A DNA stretch of 64,000 bases from Octopus vulgaris (lineage: Eukaryota), in NCBI GenBank assembly GCA_951406725.2, contig OX597817.1, forward strand, positions 40,982,001 to 41,046,000. The letters are read 5' to 3'. A model generated the notes under the pieces. That model was given only the letters and a program-made list of their open reading frames with translations, made no database searches and had not been told where the DNA came from. This document shows positions 1 through 14,184 of this stretch, piece after piece; positions within the stretch are counted from its first letter, which is position 1; every line of letters starts with the position of its first letter. Made by a program: the position numbers and the translations under genes.

Positions 1-157
1 TTTTTGGCAACACCCAGCTCATTGTAATATCATGAAGAATATTTCTCATCTTAATTTCCACAACAACCCGTTGCTAGTTTCATATTTATGGACAAGACAT
101 ATTGCCTGAACTCAAAGCCACATCGCAAATCATGCAAATTAATAGTGTAGTGTATTA

Positions 158-372
158 GGGAGGTGAGCTGGCAGAATTATTAATATCCTAGGGAAAATGC
201 TTAGTAACATTTTGTCTGTCTTTTTGTTCTGAGTTCAAATCCCACTGAGGTTGACTTTGCCTTTCATCCTTTTGGGGTTGATAAAATAAGTACCAGTTGA
301 GCACAGAGGTCGAGGTAACTGACTTACTGCCTTCCCAAAATTGCTGGCCTTGTGTTAAAAATTGAAACCAAT
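158..372 (+). mobile_element. tRNA-derived SINE family B (Nin-like central domain)
   Basis: GAGCTGGCAGAAT..GAGTTCAAAT..GACTTTGCCTTTCATCCTTTTGGGGTTGATAAAATAAGTACCAG. Other copies at 5990-6410(-), 17648-17780, 44840-45238(-), 53765-53992(-) and 62715-62912(-). Confidence 0.8.
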
Positions 373-659
373 ATTGCAATGTCATTTGCAATTAAACTTT
401 GACTAAGGTAAACCTATAATAGTTGAATTCATTTCATCATTTCATATTTGCTATAAATGTTCTCAGAGATATATTACAGAAAACTAAGTATTAATGCTTT
501 ATTAATTAAAAGAAACATGGCTAATGAATTACTGTTCAGTAACAGATCAGCATTTATTGTAGAGACCTATGATAAAAAGGGTTCTGCAAGATACATTTAA
601 GACTGCTCTTAATATTTGAATTAATTTCCATCTAGTTTGGATTCCAGTTTTTTGGTAAA

Positions 660-990
660 TGTCCAGGTTGTTGCTTCATATAAAAGGACTGACTATTGTT
701 GCATGGAAAAACTTCTTAAGATTGTCTGATGGTTGAGTTCCAGACAACATCCAGCTGTATGGAGATCTGCCTGTTTCAACCATTATAAGGGAAAGACACT
801 TGTGGGACAGAGCTGCTGAGTCACACAAGGGCTGGCAAGTGACCTACTGTTATGGATAATAAAGTATTGTCATACTTGAGCAGGTTGTCCAAACACAATG
901 TATGCAGATCAACTTGCTGGAGGCCCTGGATGCCACCCTGAAGACTTCCTTCAACTAATGCAGGATTGAGATGGATGATGTGTGCAGGTT
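660..990 (+). mobile_element. RTE-type LINE 3' fragment, decayed
   Basis: Residual peptides NIQLYGDLPVST, LLLWI and GCPNTMYADQL resemble the RTE C-terminus. Confidence 0.55.
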
Positions 991-3089
991 AAAAATGTCT
1001 GAGCAAGCTCAACCAGATGATGAAGGTGATAAAAGAAAACTTTCCAGCCTTGTTCATCCTGCCTTTTTGAATATCCAGCATAATGTCCAATGTATCTTTT
1101 CTTCCTTTAAAACATTGTAAGGTGTATTTTGAGGGAGCTTTGGCTATTTCAAGTAGGTAGAGTGTCCACACAGAGGTAACAGAAACAGCGAGCGACAGTA
1201 AATTTAGGACTAAACGTATTATTTCCATCTTTCAAGATTTTTTGAGTTCAGATCATGATTGGATAAATTTTGCTATATAGATCCCACGACCGTCCATACA
1301 ATTCAATCAACAATCCCCTCCTGTAAAAAGTAACCTTGTGCCTACCCCAAAAAATCCCGTATTAATACATTTGACACACAAGCATGTGACAATTTCTCAT
1401 GAACTTGCTTATGTGCCAAGTCATTGTTGCTCCAGAGTTATCTTGACAGATGTGACTACAAAGACCAGCTAGGTTGTTTTCCAGTAGAAACAGACAGGAA
1501 TGACCTTACTGTTTATAACTATTTTCATAAATATTTATAGATTCCTGTCTCAGTCAGTGGGAAACATTAGCTGGGTTGAAAATAGGCTGTTGTTTGGATG
1601 GTCATTTCTGGGTTTATAGCCATCGTTGGCTGTCATTTTAACTGGTTGGTTATATTAGAAATGGCAAACATAATGGAAGCTGTTTTTTTTTTTATTGTAA
1701 AGGTGAACGAAGCAACTTGAAGATAATGATAATTATAAGATTAGAATACTTGGATAATAATTAATAAGGATGTAATTTCATTTGACTGTAATAATGGTTG
1801 CTTTCGTTAACTACTCGTATAATAACGAAAAAACAATAATAATACTGATAATGATAATGATGATGGTAGTGCTGGTGATGATGTCAATGACTGAATGTAA
1901 AAATAACTGAACATAACTAGAATGTCTATGTAATAACTCATGGCAAACTATTTTTTTCTTCCTTTCTTTCTTTACATCGTTGCAGTTCAAGTCGAACAGA
2001 ATGTGTGTAAACAACTAGTGTAACAGACAAGTGATAGTATGAGTGGGAGGAGGAACAACGGAGAGGTTGAAAACGTGGCTGTAGAAGAAGTAAAAAAAAC
2101 AACCAGTTATTACACACATAAATATACAATCACGCACACACATAGAACCTTCATCTAGCCTTAATTTTAAGAAAGGCATGAATGATACACCATCTCGTTA
2201 CCTTGCCCTATAATTTGGTGGCCTTGTGCTAAGGCAATCAACTCACCCTCCCCGTTCTCTCTCTATATATATATAGAGAGAGAGAAGAGAAAGAGACATG
2301 TGAATATTAAAGGAAAGAGAAATATTAGTGCCTTAGAGAGAGAAACTAAAAATTGAAGACATAAAGGAAGGTTAGAAAGAATGGCGAAGGTAGTGAGAAA
2401 TAGACAGTCACGGCAAGTGAAGAAAAGGGATAGCGAGAGAGAGAGTGAGAGAAAGACAGAGTGAGATGGAAAAAGGCAGAGAAGGAGGAAGTGCAAAAAG
2501 AAAGAGTCGGAGAAAAGAGTAAGGCGGAGGAGAAATAGATAGAGTAAAATGGAACAGGGGAGGAAGATGTTGTTTACAGTGAAGAAAATGATTAAGGGCA
2601 AAAAAAAAAAAGTGAATAGAAAATAAGGATATATGGAACGAAAACATATTCTTTCTATTGAAAGGAATAGGGAGAAAGGAAAACAATGCATAAAGCTAAA
2701 CTATATATATATATATATTTATATGTGTGTGTGTGTGTGTACATATGAGATAGATAGGTAGATAGATAGAGAAACTAGGTGTAGAATTAGCGTGAAAATG
2801 AAAGGAAGGGAGGGATTTTAAGAAAACAATAATAGGAATAAAGGTCTAAACAAATTAGAGGAGAAAAATTGTTATGAAAAGGTAATAAAAGTGAAAGAAT
2901 AATAAAATTAAAACAATAGTAATAAAAAATGTAAAAACGTTTTACGAAGCAGATAAACGGAACAGAGTTGGATGGGGAGAACTGAGAGAAAAACAAAAGC
3001 AAGGGGAAATGAAGAAATGATTGAAAGAATGAGTAAGTCTTGGAGATTTGAGACAAACAACTTGTGTGTGTGTATGTGTGTGTGTGTAG

Positions 3090-3490
3090 CAGCAGCTGAG
3101 TATCACTGCGCATGTCACAAGTCCGCCATTGATAAAATTTCGTAAAACGCACACATAACATAAATACACACGCATATACACACTGACATAAAAACATACG
3201 CGTACACATATATACATAAATATACATGCTTATACACACACACACAAATACGCACGCATATACACACATTTTATACTATAAGTTCGACGTCAATAACACT
3301 ACAGTTGCCAGCCCCGTCCCGTTTATTCGTTCTACTACCGTCCGTTATGGACCTTAAATAATCTTGTTAACTGCTAGAATCATTATGGATCTACGAATTC
3401 TCAATGCTCGTCATTCGAACTGTGTTTTTTAGTCCAGTTTGTTTTGAACAAGGCTGCAGAAACATAGAACGAAGCATTTTGTCTTCGTAA
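3090..3490. promoter_or_regulatory. Putative (possibly bidirectional) promoter and 5' UTR exon
   Basis: Locally CpG-rich. NRF1-like TGCGCATG at 3107-3114 and YY1-like CCGCCATT at 3123-3130. Donor-like TTC|GTAAGT at 3487; acceptor candidates at 3760 and 3778 upstream of the ATG. Confidence 0.45.
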
Positions 3491-3798
3491 GTAAGATTTA
3501 CAAACGCTTAATAGAAGAGAGGAAAGATCACAGCTACACAAAACCTCTGCATCACCCGTCCGTGTATTTCATTAATTTAATTTGATACATGTATATTATA
3601 TACATTATAAGTTGAACACCTGTGTTCACTAATGTTTACGTATTTTCCACCACTCCTTGTTGTTGCTGTTTATTGAAGTGAACAAGATTCTATTTGCTAC
3701 ACACATCCGTCTCGAGGGTGCCAGCGTGGCTGTCAAATGTTTTGTCACAACTTTGTGTAGCCTTGAAACGGTTTCCAGCCGAGTTACCCATCCCAAAA

Positions 3799-4114
3799 AT
3801 GTACCACAAAAACAACCACAATTACCAGGACAACAGCTTTGATGAAAACAGTCCAGCATATTCTTCTGAACTTATATTACCGGCTCTGCCTAACATGCGG
3901 CCAACAACGTATGGCTGTCCTTATATTGAGCTCCATGAAAGGACCACTGAGTACCAAACGAGTAAACACAGCCTCAGATTTTTTTGTCTGTCGGGCTTAC
4001 AACATTTCTCACATACTTCGTCCGTAACCTTCATTTTGTCCATACTTTTATTCTACGCTTACACATTAGTTAGCTTAACTGAAGCTGACAAATTACCATC
4101 GGATCGATATCATG
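3799..4114 (+). CDS. Coding exon 1 of an uncharacterised 242-aa signal-anchor (type II membrane or secreted) glycoprotein
   Basis: ATG at 3799 (AAAAATG), alternative in-frame ATG at 3895. Encodes MYHKNNHNYQ...SVTFILSILLFYAYTLVSLTEADKLPSDRYH and ends at a phase-1 donor CATG|GTGAGA that fits the phase-1 exon at 33441 (G+AT=Asp). The start codon, and the link across a 29-kb intron, are inferred. Confidence 0.7.
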
Positions 4115-7100
4115 GTGAGACTTTTATATATCTATCTGTATACACATTGACCATTGTTAATAACTTGTGTTGCATCATTGAAAGATTCACGATTAACTTG
4201 TTACTAATTTTATTATGGGTGTAGAATTAGTGGAGACAATTTAGAGGTACCTAAACATTTTACGGTGCTTTGTTCTGTAAATGACTTGTGGATTAAAATT
4301 CCCATGGGGACGGCTTTGCTTTTCATCTTGGGTGTTCGATGATATAGGTGCACATAACAATATTCCATCGACCTTACTCCTCTTCTCTCCCAAAAATGTC
4401 CTCGAATAATCAAAAGATATCGTTAACATTGTTGGACTTTTGAACTGTCCGACGATTGGTTATGACAGATATGGTAAAATGTATGTTTAAATTAATGATA
4501 GTATTTAATCTCTTTGGGTTTTGAGTTCAAATGTAACCCTTTGTCCACCAAAGCTAGATGAAATATGTACCAGTAATATCATAGGTCAAGCCAATCGACT
4601 ATATTCTTCATACACTATCAAAAGTTGGTATTTTGCCTAATCAAAAGAAATAATAATTTTTGGGTTCTTATTTCTGATGAAATATAAGAAATATTTATGA
4701 TGATAAGCGTAAATGATTTTGGTTCAGCCTCTTGAATGGCTACAGGCGATCACTGAACCAACCATCGTCCATCTCCGTTCTGCTTACGTAGGAATTATTG
4801 TCCGTTTTTCTTGCAAGACAGACATACACTAGACATGTCTATTGTAAAACTATAAAACCTCGTGTTATATAATCGGGTGTACTGATGATACTAGCCACGT
4901 GTGGCAGGGTGGCTGGCATCTGCTGTCGATAATTTAAGGTTGGAAGTTATTGGAAGAATTATTATGATAGACTTTAATACATTCATTCTTGCTTAGCTGG
5001 CTTGTTTTTGGCTCGGTTCGTTTTCAGCAGCTTTTCTTGTAAATCGCCTGCAGTCAAACATCACCGTACCAGCCAAGTTCTTCACTAGAATAGACTGTTA
5101 TTGTTATCTGATGTCGGATTTCATAACCAACTTGATATTCATATTATCGTTGTTATTTAATTAGTGTGTTGATGTCTTTTATAGAAATAAGGATTTCTGG
5201 TGTATATGGAGAACTTGGTAGATTCTGTGACGTTCATGGTTAACAGCTGTAATCGAGAATTGAACTCAGGCTCAGCTCAACGACATAGCACTTCTACAAC
5301 GCACCTTATTATTTTTTTTATTAGATAACAAAAGTTAATATTTATGGGGAAGGTATCTACAATACAGATCAAGATCTTCTTTCACTTACCAGAATTCGTG
5401 TTTATGAGACGTTCTTAAAAATCTGGGACATTATGCCTATATAAAAATAAAATGTTTCTGTTATTATTTTATAACATTGATCGAAAAACAGTTAGTTTGG
5501 TAAACTTAAACTTCTATTCACATTTGATGTTAGTCATCTATGTATTTCATGTAATGAAACTTCTGTGAGAAGTCTTGATGTATTTGTTTAGCTGAAACTT
5601 TGTACGTCGCAGTCATGTAGAAGACGAGTTTAATTTTAGACGAAGTTGGCAAGCGACAGGTATAAGTTGCTGAGTTTGCAAACACTCTTGTCAACTTAAG
5701 TATTTAATTGTGCATCATCTGTTTCCACCATAGAGTAAGCACGAATTTCATTGTTATACAAATTTTAGTTCTTATATACTGATCATATTGAATAAATTAA
5801 ATATATCCACTAATATTAATAATTTCTAAGTTAGGTAATTTTGAGGCGAAGCCTGAATTAACACTATTAATTCCTGTATTTGACTAATACCTTATTTTAT
5901 TGACTCTGATGGGATTTGAACCCAGATCGTAAAGAGCCAGGAGAAATATCGCAAAGCATTTTTTTCTGACGTTTCAAGCTGCCTTAATCCCTTCTACTAT
6001 AGGCACAAGGCCTGAAATATTGGGGAAGTGTTGCTAGTCGATTACCAGTGTTCAACTGGTACTTATTTCATCGACCGCAAAAGGATGAAAAGCAAAGTCG
6101 ACCTCAGCGGAATTTGAACTCAGAACGTAAAGATGGACGAAATGCCGTTAAGCATTTTGTCCGGCGTCCTAACGATTCTGCCAGCTCGTCGCCTTGATAA
6201 TAATTTCTAATTTAAGCACAGAGCTAGCAATTTTATAGGGGCAAGTCTTAGTCGATACCATCGACCCAGTATTTCATTGGTACTTTATTTTATCGATACC
6301 GAAGGAATGAAAGCAAAGTTGGCCTCGGTGGGATTTGAACGAGGAACGTAAAGAGCCCGGAAGCAATACCGCAAGACATTTTGTCCGACGTTCTGACGAT
6401 TCTGCCAATTCGATAAAAATAGTGACACGTAATGCATATGGAGTTATTTATTTTTTACTTCTTGTGATACCCTCCACCTTTTTTGTAACTAGTTTATTTC
6501 TTTTGCAGACGTCAACCCAACCAAATTGTCCGTTTTCTAAGGACTCTGCTCTAAACTACTGAAAACATGTTTTGATTTTATTTACACCTATTAACTCCAT
6601 TTTTATATATTTCTTAGTACCCTACATTTTAAATTTCTAAATTGCTCTTTATTTAGTTTAGAAACAAAATGTAAACTTGTTTATAGTTAGGTTAACGTTT
6701 TATTATTATTATTTTTAAGCCCAAGTAAACTGATCGATCAAAATATATGAGCAAATGCATTCCGTCCGTGACCATCCCATTTTTTTTTCGTAGGCACAAT
6801 ACACAGGCCTAACCAAATTATCTAATTTGCTTTTTTTTTTTTACGGTAGAATGTGATTTTGTATGAGATCTAGCTGCTAATATGTCAATGATTATACAAG
6901 ACCTTAACCATATCTTCCACCAAATACCTTTTTAAAATCATTGAGGAAAGGTATTTCATAATTCTGTGAAGGACCTCTTCTCGTTTGGTAATCTACCTAT
7001 CACTTTATTTTGCTTGTCCGGTTCACTCTTTAATTAGTTGGAAGTCCTACCTTTGTATTTACGTCTTCCTCGTTTGCAAAGCCCCCAACGCTTTCGTTCT

Positions 7101-8213
7101 TCTTCGAGCTGGACGAAGAAATGAAGAGTGAAAAATAAGGAGCGAAAGGAACATGCATTCGTGCCTATTATGTGTGCGTGTGTCAATAAGTGTAGTAAAC
7201 ATGCAGATATGGAGGTTGTTTTCATTAAGGTATCGATTGATGTGGATTGTCCTAAATCTGTGTTGTTTTGCCGCCGTTTTTAGGTCAATTATCGACTGCT
7301 TCTTACGCATATGTAAATGTTGTTTACGATAGATTCGCCTATTTGTGTGTGTGAGAGAGAGAGAGAGATATATACGTGAAAGGGGTTGGACGTGTATGCA
7401 TTTGGTTATCTAATAATATATATATATGTTTGTGTGTGTGTATATATATATATATATAAGCATGTGATTAAAATATAAAATTTTGCAATAAACATTGGTA
7501 AAAACACCCACCTGATTTCGTACGTATATTTAAATATAAACAGATGCGTATTAGGTGTTAAGACGCACAAACGTATACACGTTGGCATAGATTCTACACA
7601 CACACACACACACACAGAATCTATGCCACTATGCATACACCTACCTAAGTTATACATATATGTTTATAAATATGTGTGTGTATATATGTATATATCATCA
7701 TCATTTTATATCAGCTTTTCATGGTGGCATGCAGTGGACGGGTGGTCAAGATCTGAGTCTCCTGCCGCTGGGAATAACTGCTTTTAAATACAACGTTGGT
7801 TTCTACAGCTGGATGCCCTTCCTATTGCCAACCGCTTCAGAGTATGCTGGATGCTGTTTTCGTTGCTCCACTACTAGAAAGGTTAATCTCTGAATCAGTG
7901 CTAGAAGGACCTTACAAACCAACAATTTCTCTGCTTATTTAGTCAACCACATTTCATGCTTTACAGTGTAAACATTCCTCTCAGTCACCTGACCAAATGT
8001 ACCTATCCTTCTTTATTGAGTACTTACTACACCCCTATCCTCCCTCCCACACAGACACCTATTTCTTATCTTTCTGTTGTCGTAGTGCCTTCTTCCACAG
8101 GTTCCACTAACTTTGAGTGCCTGGCACTTCTTTATGCAGCGGTTATCCTCCATGCACCATCACATGCCCATATCAGTGCAGCCCTCTCGCTTGTACACAA
8201 CTGATTGTGTGTT

Positions 8214-8257
<44 letters not shown>

Positions 8258-8259
<2 letters not shown>

Positions 8260-8422
8260 TGCAGGAGTGGCTGTGTGGTAAGCAGCTTGTTTACCAGCCA
8301 CATTGTTCTGGGTTCAGTCCCACTGCGTGGCACCTTGGGCAAGTGTCTTCTACTATAGCTTCGGGCCGACCAAAGCCTTGTGAGTGGATTTGGTAGACAG
8401 AAACTGAAAGAAGCCCGTCGTA

Positions 8423-8465
<43 letters not shown>

Positions 8466-8669
8466 TTTTGTGTCTGTGTTTGTCCCCCTAGCATTGCTTC
8501 ACAACTGATGCTGGTGTGTTTACGTCCCCGTCATTTAGCGGTTTGGCAAAAGAGACTGATAGAATAAGTACTGGGCTTACAAAAGAACAAGTTCCGGGGT
8601 CGAGTTGGTCGATTAAAGGCGGTGCTCCAGCATGGCCGCAGTCAAATGACTGAAACAAGTAAAAGAGTA
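8258..8669 (+). mobile_element. tRNA-derived SINE family A, full length
   Basis: Head GGTGCAGGAGTGGCTGTGTGGTAAG..GGTTCAGTCCC (A/B boxes), internal (TA)n/(TG)n, tail ACTGAAACAAGTAAAAGAG. Confidence 0.85.
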
Positions 8670-9599
8670 TAGAAACACACACACTGTTCCTGTCAAATCG
8701 TCCAACCTATGCCAGCATGGAAGACAAGTGTTAAATGATGATGATGATATATTATAAAAAAGAAACTTCCACTTTTGCCATTGCTAATCTCTTTCTACCT
8801 GACACCAAAACCACCTCTACATACCTCCTATCAGATCATACTCTTGTTTTTCTAACTCATTCTGCTCTTTCTCTATCTCTCTCTCCTTTCAATTACCCAC
8901 TTCTAGCTTCCTTGATGCCATTGTTCCGTCTACTTTTTACACTATTAAGTGGTTTGCTATACGAGCTGGAAAAGTGTAGGGGTTATGAGGTTCTTCCAGT
9001 TGTCTCACTGAGGACAAGTCAACCTCTCAATGCTGGTGCTCTGAGAAAACACTAACTATACTCTGTAAAGTAGTTAGTGTTAGGGAGGGCATCCAGCCAT
9101 AGATGTCAAGTGACATATATGAGCATCTAGACTTTAGAGCAGAAGCTCCCAGTGGGGAGTGGCTCTGACCATGGTGACGTGGTTAGCCCATAACATCGAA
9201 AACACATGGAAATGATTTTATACTCACTCACATACATATGTGTGTGTTGAGCTGCATCTAATTCATATTTGAATTTTTTCCATGACATGAAATGTTGAGA
9301 CATTCCAGCAGATGGTGTTTAAACCATTTAGCATATAGTCATGGTTAACAATATGGCTTGCGACAAGCCTTGTTCAGTATGTAGCAATGATGTCAAATCA
9401 ATGACAAAACATCGATGTCTGTCACTCCAAGAAGGGGCCAATGTGTCTCGCTTGACTATGACTTACTTTTGGGTATTTTTAACACCGGGCACATAGAGAA
9501 TATATTCTCTTATGCCTAAAAACCACAGCTGACCCATGAACTAACAACACACATACCTTGTGTTTGTGTGTTTGATTTTGTACACACACACACACACGC

Positions 9600-10330
9600 A
9601 GAAATTGGAAAAGGAGAATAATATGGTACAATTTGCCATAAAGCCTATGAATTTAAGCCTTTATAGCTAAGATCTTTTTTCAGCTTTCACAAAAATGTGA
9701 CCACAATCACTTCAAGGTACTAAATGAAAGCACAAAAATTTGCTCTACCTTCAATAACTTCCCACCAGTTATAGCAAATTCCAACTATGCAAAACTGAAT
9801 CAAATACCTGTTGCTAATAATGCAAATAATTGCAATTTAAGGTGTAGAAACACATTCCCTCTATAGTGAAGACAATAAAATCTTGTTGAAGAAATAGTTT
9901 TTTGTGCTACTTATATTTCCCATCCCCCATTACCATATCTTGTCAATTGCTCCCTCTCACACTCTCATACTGTTTTTCTTTTATATATTAGATTAATTGC
10001 AAACTCATTCAAAAGTAGATTTAACCTTCACATCATCATCATTGTTTAACGTCCGTTTTCCATGCTAGCATGGAATAACTCTTTTTCCCCAAGACATGAC
10101 TTCCTCAGCTGAAGAATTTTGGAAATTGAAAGCCTGTAGCGCTATATCTCTTGAAAAATTTTCTCACATATCAAACTATATGAAACCATACCAAAACATG
10201 AATAAACCTTGTCAACTTTGCACTGATGAGTTATATGAGATTTTATTCTCTAAACTTATACATCCTGCAATAATTCCTTTTTGCCAACACTACACTTTTA
10301 AAACTCAAAAAGTATTATAAAGACTTCCAA
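9600..10330 (+). mobile_element. Highly decayed Penelope-like relic
   Basis: Fragments KRRIIWYNLP, YIRLIANSFKSRFNLH, EEFWKLK and KPCQLCTDELYEIL occur in the same order as in the 24-26 kb element. Confidence 0.65.
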
Positions 10331-10582
10331 ATTATGAGTAGATAACCATGTCTTGTAAAATACCCGCTTTCTTTTTCTTATTGATTCTAAATGTCAGTAT
10401 ATTTAATTGGTTAAGAAATTTTTGGTTTTAGAATGATAAAGGAATAATAGGCACTTGCATTGCCCTTCATTCTTTTATTACTGTATTCCTTATGTACAGG
10501 TCTTTAATGGTTTAACAGTTGAAACTATGATTTTAATCCCTAGTCCCCATATAATTAGAAACTGTTGCATGTGGTTTATATA

Positions 10583-11087
10583 TCTATATATATAAAACTC
10601 TAGTTGTGTGAGTGTCTGTCCCCTTCGATTTAGATTCCTAACTCCTCCCACATTTTGCGGTGCAGTTTAACCAAATTCGGGTATCTTATAGTCGTGATTC
10701 ATATCGAGCCCATCTGAGTATTAGCGCGCGTCAACGATGAGTCTACGATTTTAAAAATAATTTAACATAATTTTTTATTCCATTTTAATGCATAAAATGC
10801 ATCGTGTGTCGATGGCGGCGGAGTTGGCGTCCACGCTCACAGCTGCACCTGTTTGCTTCTCCCCCTTCCCTCCCTCGTGAAGCTGTGGGGAAGGGAGTGT
10901 AAAGAAATCAACGTCGTAATGCGTTGTGAAGGAAACCAGCGTTCTTTTAGAACAACGACTTCATGGCTTGAAGACACCAAAACAAAATGGCTAAGAAAGC
11001 CCGAATTTATAAGGGAAGTAACTCTCTAAAAATGCTTATATAGTTATTTCCCTTACAAACCCGAGCAACGCCGGGCGATACTGCTAG
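10583..11087 (+). mobile_element. Non-autonomous Helitron
   Basis: 5' TC, 3' CTAG, subterminal hairpin CCCG..CGGG (11060-11075), inserted between A and T with no TSD. CpG-rich interior suggests a young copy. Confidence 0.85.
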
Positions 11088-11092
11088 TTATA

Positions 11093-11124
<32 letters not shown>

Positions 11125-11667
11125 ATTAGGGAATATTATTCCAAACTTACAGGGAAAAATTCAATTTGGTATTACTAAATCAACTGAATAATTGTGAAAT
11201 ATATTATATATATATATATTTCAACATCACTATCAGTGTTTAACATGTGTTTTCCATGTTGCTAAGAGTTGGGCAGTTCGATAGGAGCTGATGAGCCAGA
11301 GGACTGTACTAAACCCTATCTTCTTTGGTATGATTTCTACAGATGGATATCCTTCCTCATGCCTACCATTTACAGCATGTACTGGTGCTCTTTTTTTTAC
11401 ATCACCAGCACTAGTAAGGTCACCAAGTAACTTGCAAGACAAGACTCCTCAACTGAGTGGGCTGTGGTGTAGAGGTAGGTGGCGTTATGCCGTGCGAGGT
11501 TAAAATATGATAGACAGAAAAGAATGTATTTTGCTGAAGAGGAGACACATGGCTTCCCCTGTTGGAGAGAAAGAAACAACAAGGGTGTGTATGAAAGAAT
11601 TGGGATAGAGGATCAGAAAGGATGGATGGGCAGATATGTTTACAAAAGTGTGAATGGCTTGTGACAA

Positions 11668-12135
11668 CAATTCTTCTTCTTAGGTCTCTTGATTCTGCAG
11701 AGAACATAGGGCCACAACAACATATTCTTGCAATGGATGTGGTTCTGGGGAATCCTCTTCAGCTCATCCCACATCATTCTGGCTGCCCTCACCCCTACGT
11801 CGACACTCCTGTGCCAAGACTGTTTTGGTTGGTCCACTTTTCGTTTCCTATGTGGGTTCCAGTCAAGAGCCTGCTTGGTGACATTTGGTGCAGACTTTCA
11901 TAGCAGGTGGCCTATCCATCCCCATTTTTGTTTCTTGATATCTGTCTCAATTGAGTCTTGTGTTCTCTGGGCACCTGATGTTAAGGATGTTTCTGAGCCA
12001 TAAAGTAGAACTGACTTAACATTTGTGTTGAAGATCCAGATCTTGTGGAGTAAGAGGGCTGTTGATCTCCAGATTGGTCACAAGGTGTTGAAGGAGTGTC
12101 GGGATTTGTTTATTCGGCATTTAATGTCCTCATCT
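11668..12135 (-). mobile_element. RTE LINE 3' fragment
   Basis: Peptides DIKCRINKSRHSFNTL..IWRS, IFNTNVKSVLLYGSET and WDELKR, followed by a (GAA)n tail. Confidence 0.8.
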
Positions 12136-12675
12136 GAATTACATATGGCAAATAATCAAAAATATTGTCAACTTCCATGTAAACCTGTATTTGTATATGA
12201 AAGTGTTGTATTTATGTTGTCAACTATTATATAATTACATATGCACAAATAAACTTGCATATCATCCTGTAACTTGATATTGGTCTTTGCATTTATCTGA
12301 ACATTCTATATGTAAATGTCAACCAGGCTTCGAATTAGCTTACCTGTCTCATGTTTTATATATTTTATTCTTTTCTCTGTATATACGTATCATTTCATGA
12401 GTTTTATTTTCACATATATATATACGATGAACTTATATCCATGTATTTGTAAAATAGTGATATGTATGTAAGTTTACATTTGTATGCATGCATCATTTTT
12501 TTAAATGTGAATATATACAAATGTAAAGCATAAAAAAAAGTCTTTTTTTTGTTAACATAAACTCACTTGCTCACATTTTCTATACTTGATGTGCAGGCAT
12601 CTTTGTAGATAAATGCATTTGTATGTGTATTTATGTTTGCATCACCACGTGTACATATGCTTGTATGCACCAGTG

Positions 12676-12727
<52 letters not shown>

Positions 12728-14138
12728 TATATTTTTGTATATATTTATATTTGTAAGCATATTTTATATTTTGTATATATGCTTATATGTGCATATCTGT
12801 TGGTATTGATTTATATTTTGAAGCTTAGAGGTACACACACACACACACACTCTCTCTCTCTTCCTCTCTCCCTCTCTTTCTCTCTCTCTCCCTCTCTCTC
12901 TCTCTCTCACTTTATACAATCAAATCCATATATACTTTTTATGTTTACAGAAACTTATATAGCACCCAGCTGAATTAACTTCTCAAAATATAGTTATATA
13001 AATAACATTTTTTTATATATAGATTTACACCATTCCTATTAGTTCTAATTCCTTCTGTCTGTGGTGATAGTTATGGTGATATTTTCCTTAATATCACTTT
13101 GCATCCAAAATATGATATGTTTAGATAAATTTCCTTTATAGCTTATTTTTTCTTAAAACTTATTTAGCAATGTAGCCTACTCTGAGTAATTTTAATAGTA
13201 TTTAGTTAGTCAATAGTTCTCTTACTTTAAATGTTACCCTAAAATACTATAGATTTTCAGATTGTCAGCTCTGATCTTATAATTAATATAAATGTTACTC
13301 TATGGAGAATAGTATAAATATAATTCTTTTATGGGTCTTCATTTCTTTTGACATGTTTACAGTATCTTTTCAGAAATTTGAACATGCTCACTTGTCTTTC
13401 TATTTATGAGCATGTGTGTGTGTGTGTGTGTGTGTGTATAATGTGCAAAACCATTTGTGTGTGATAGAAGTAGTATTAGTTTGGAATAGTAATCTGTGTA
13501 TCATACTTAAAGCAGACACACCATTGAAAGCCTAATAAACTGCAGTATTCATTTTAAAATAGCATCTCTTATAGACATACAATATTAAAATATGTATACA
13601 TACATACATACATACGTATGTGTGTGTGTGTGCATTGGTCACAGTGAAAGTGTGGTTCTCAAAGCACTATGCTTATGTTTACATTTTGTTTCACTGTTCT
13701 CTGCTCACTGCACCCAACCTCTCCCTGTTAAGCCTTCCTGACTTCTCATATTCCTAACATTCATCCCTCCATCACTCTTCTAACTACAGCACTATTCACC
13801 TACTGTAATCATATGGGAGCAGAATCTGCACCTATTCCATCCCTCTTTGTGCAACCAACTACTTAATCACCCTCTCTGGAACTACCTCCTTTTTAAATCC
13901 ATTCCTTATTCTCAGTATCATTCCTTCCCAATTATTTTCCATTGATCACCCCTTCTTGTGTTCCCAGTTATCTTTAACTCTCCTGAGTTACATCTTGAGG
14001 CTGCCATACTTCATCTTTAACACTCTCTCATATCTGCTATCTTCTCAAAATATTCTGTGAAACCATTCAACCCATGGTAGCATGGAAGATGGATGTTAAA
14101 TGATGTTATGTACATAAGTATACACATGTATGTGTATG

Positions 14139-14184
<46 letters not shown>

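Noticed and set aside
2263-3269. Long hydrophobic ORFs on the - strand
   Set aside because: They are translations of CT-rich and (CA)n low-complexity DNA with no protein-like signal.
8258-8330. tRNA genes at SINE heads
   Set aside because: These are A/B-box heads of SINEs without a complete cloverleaf.
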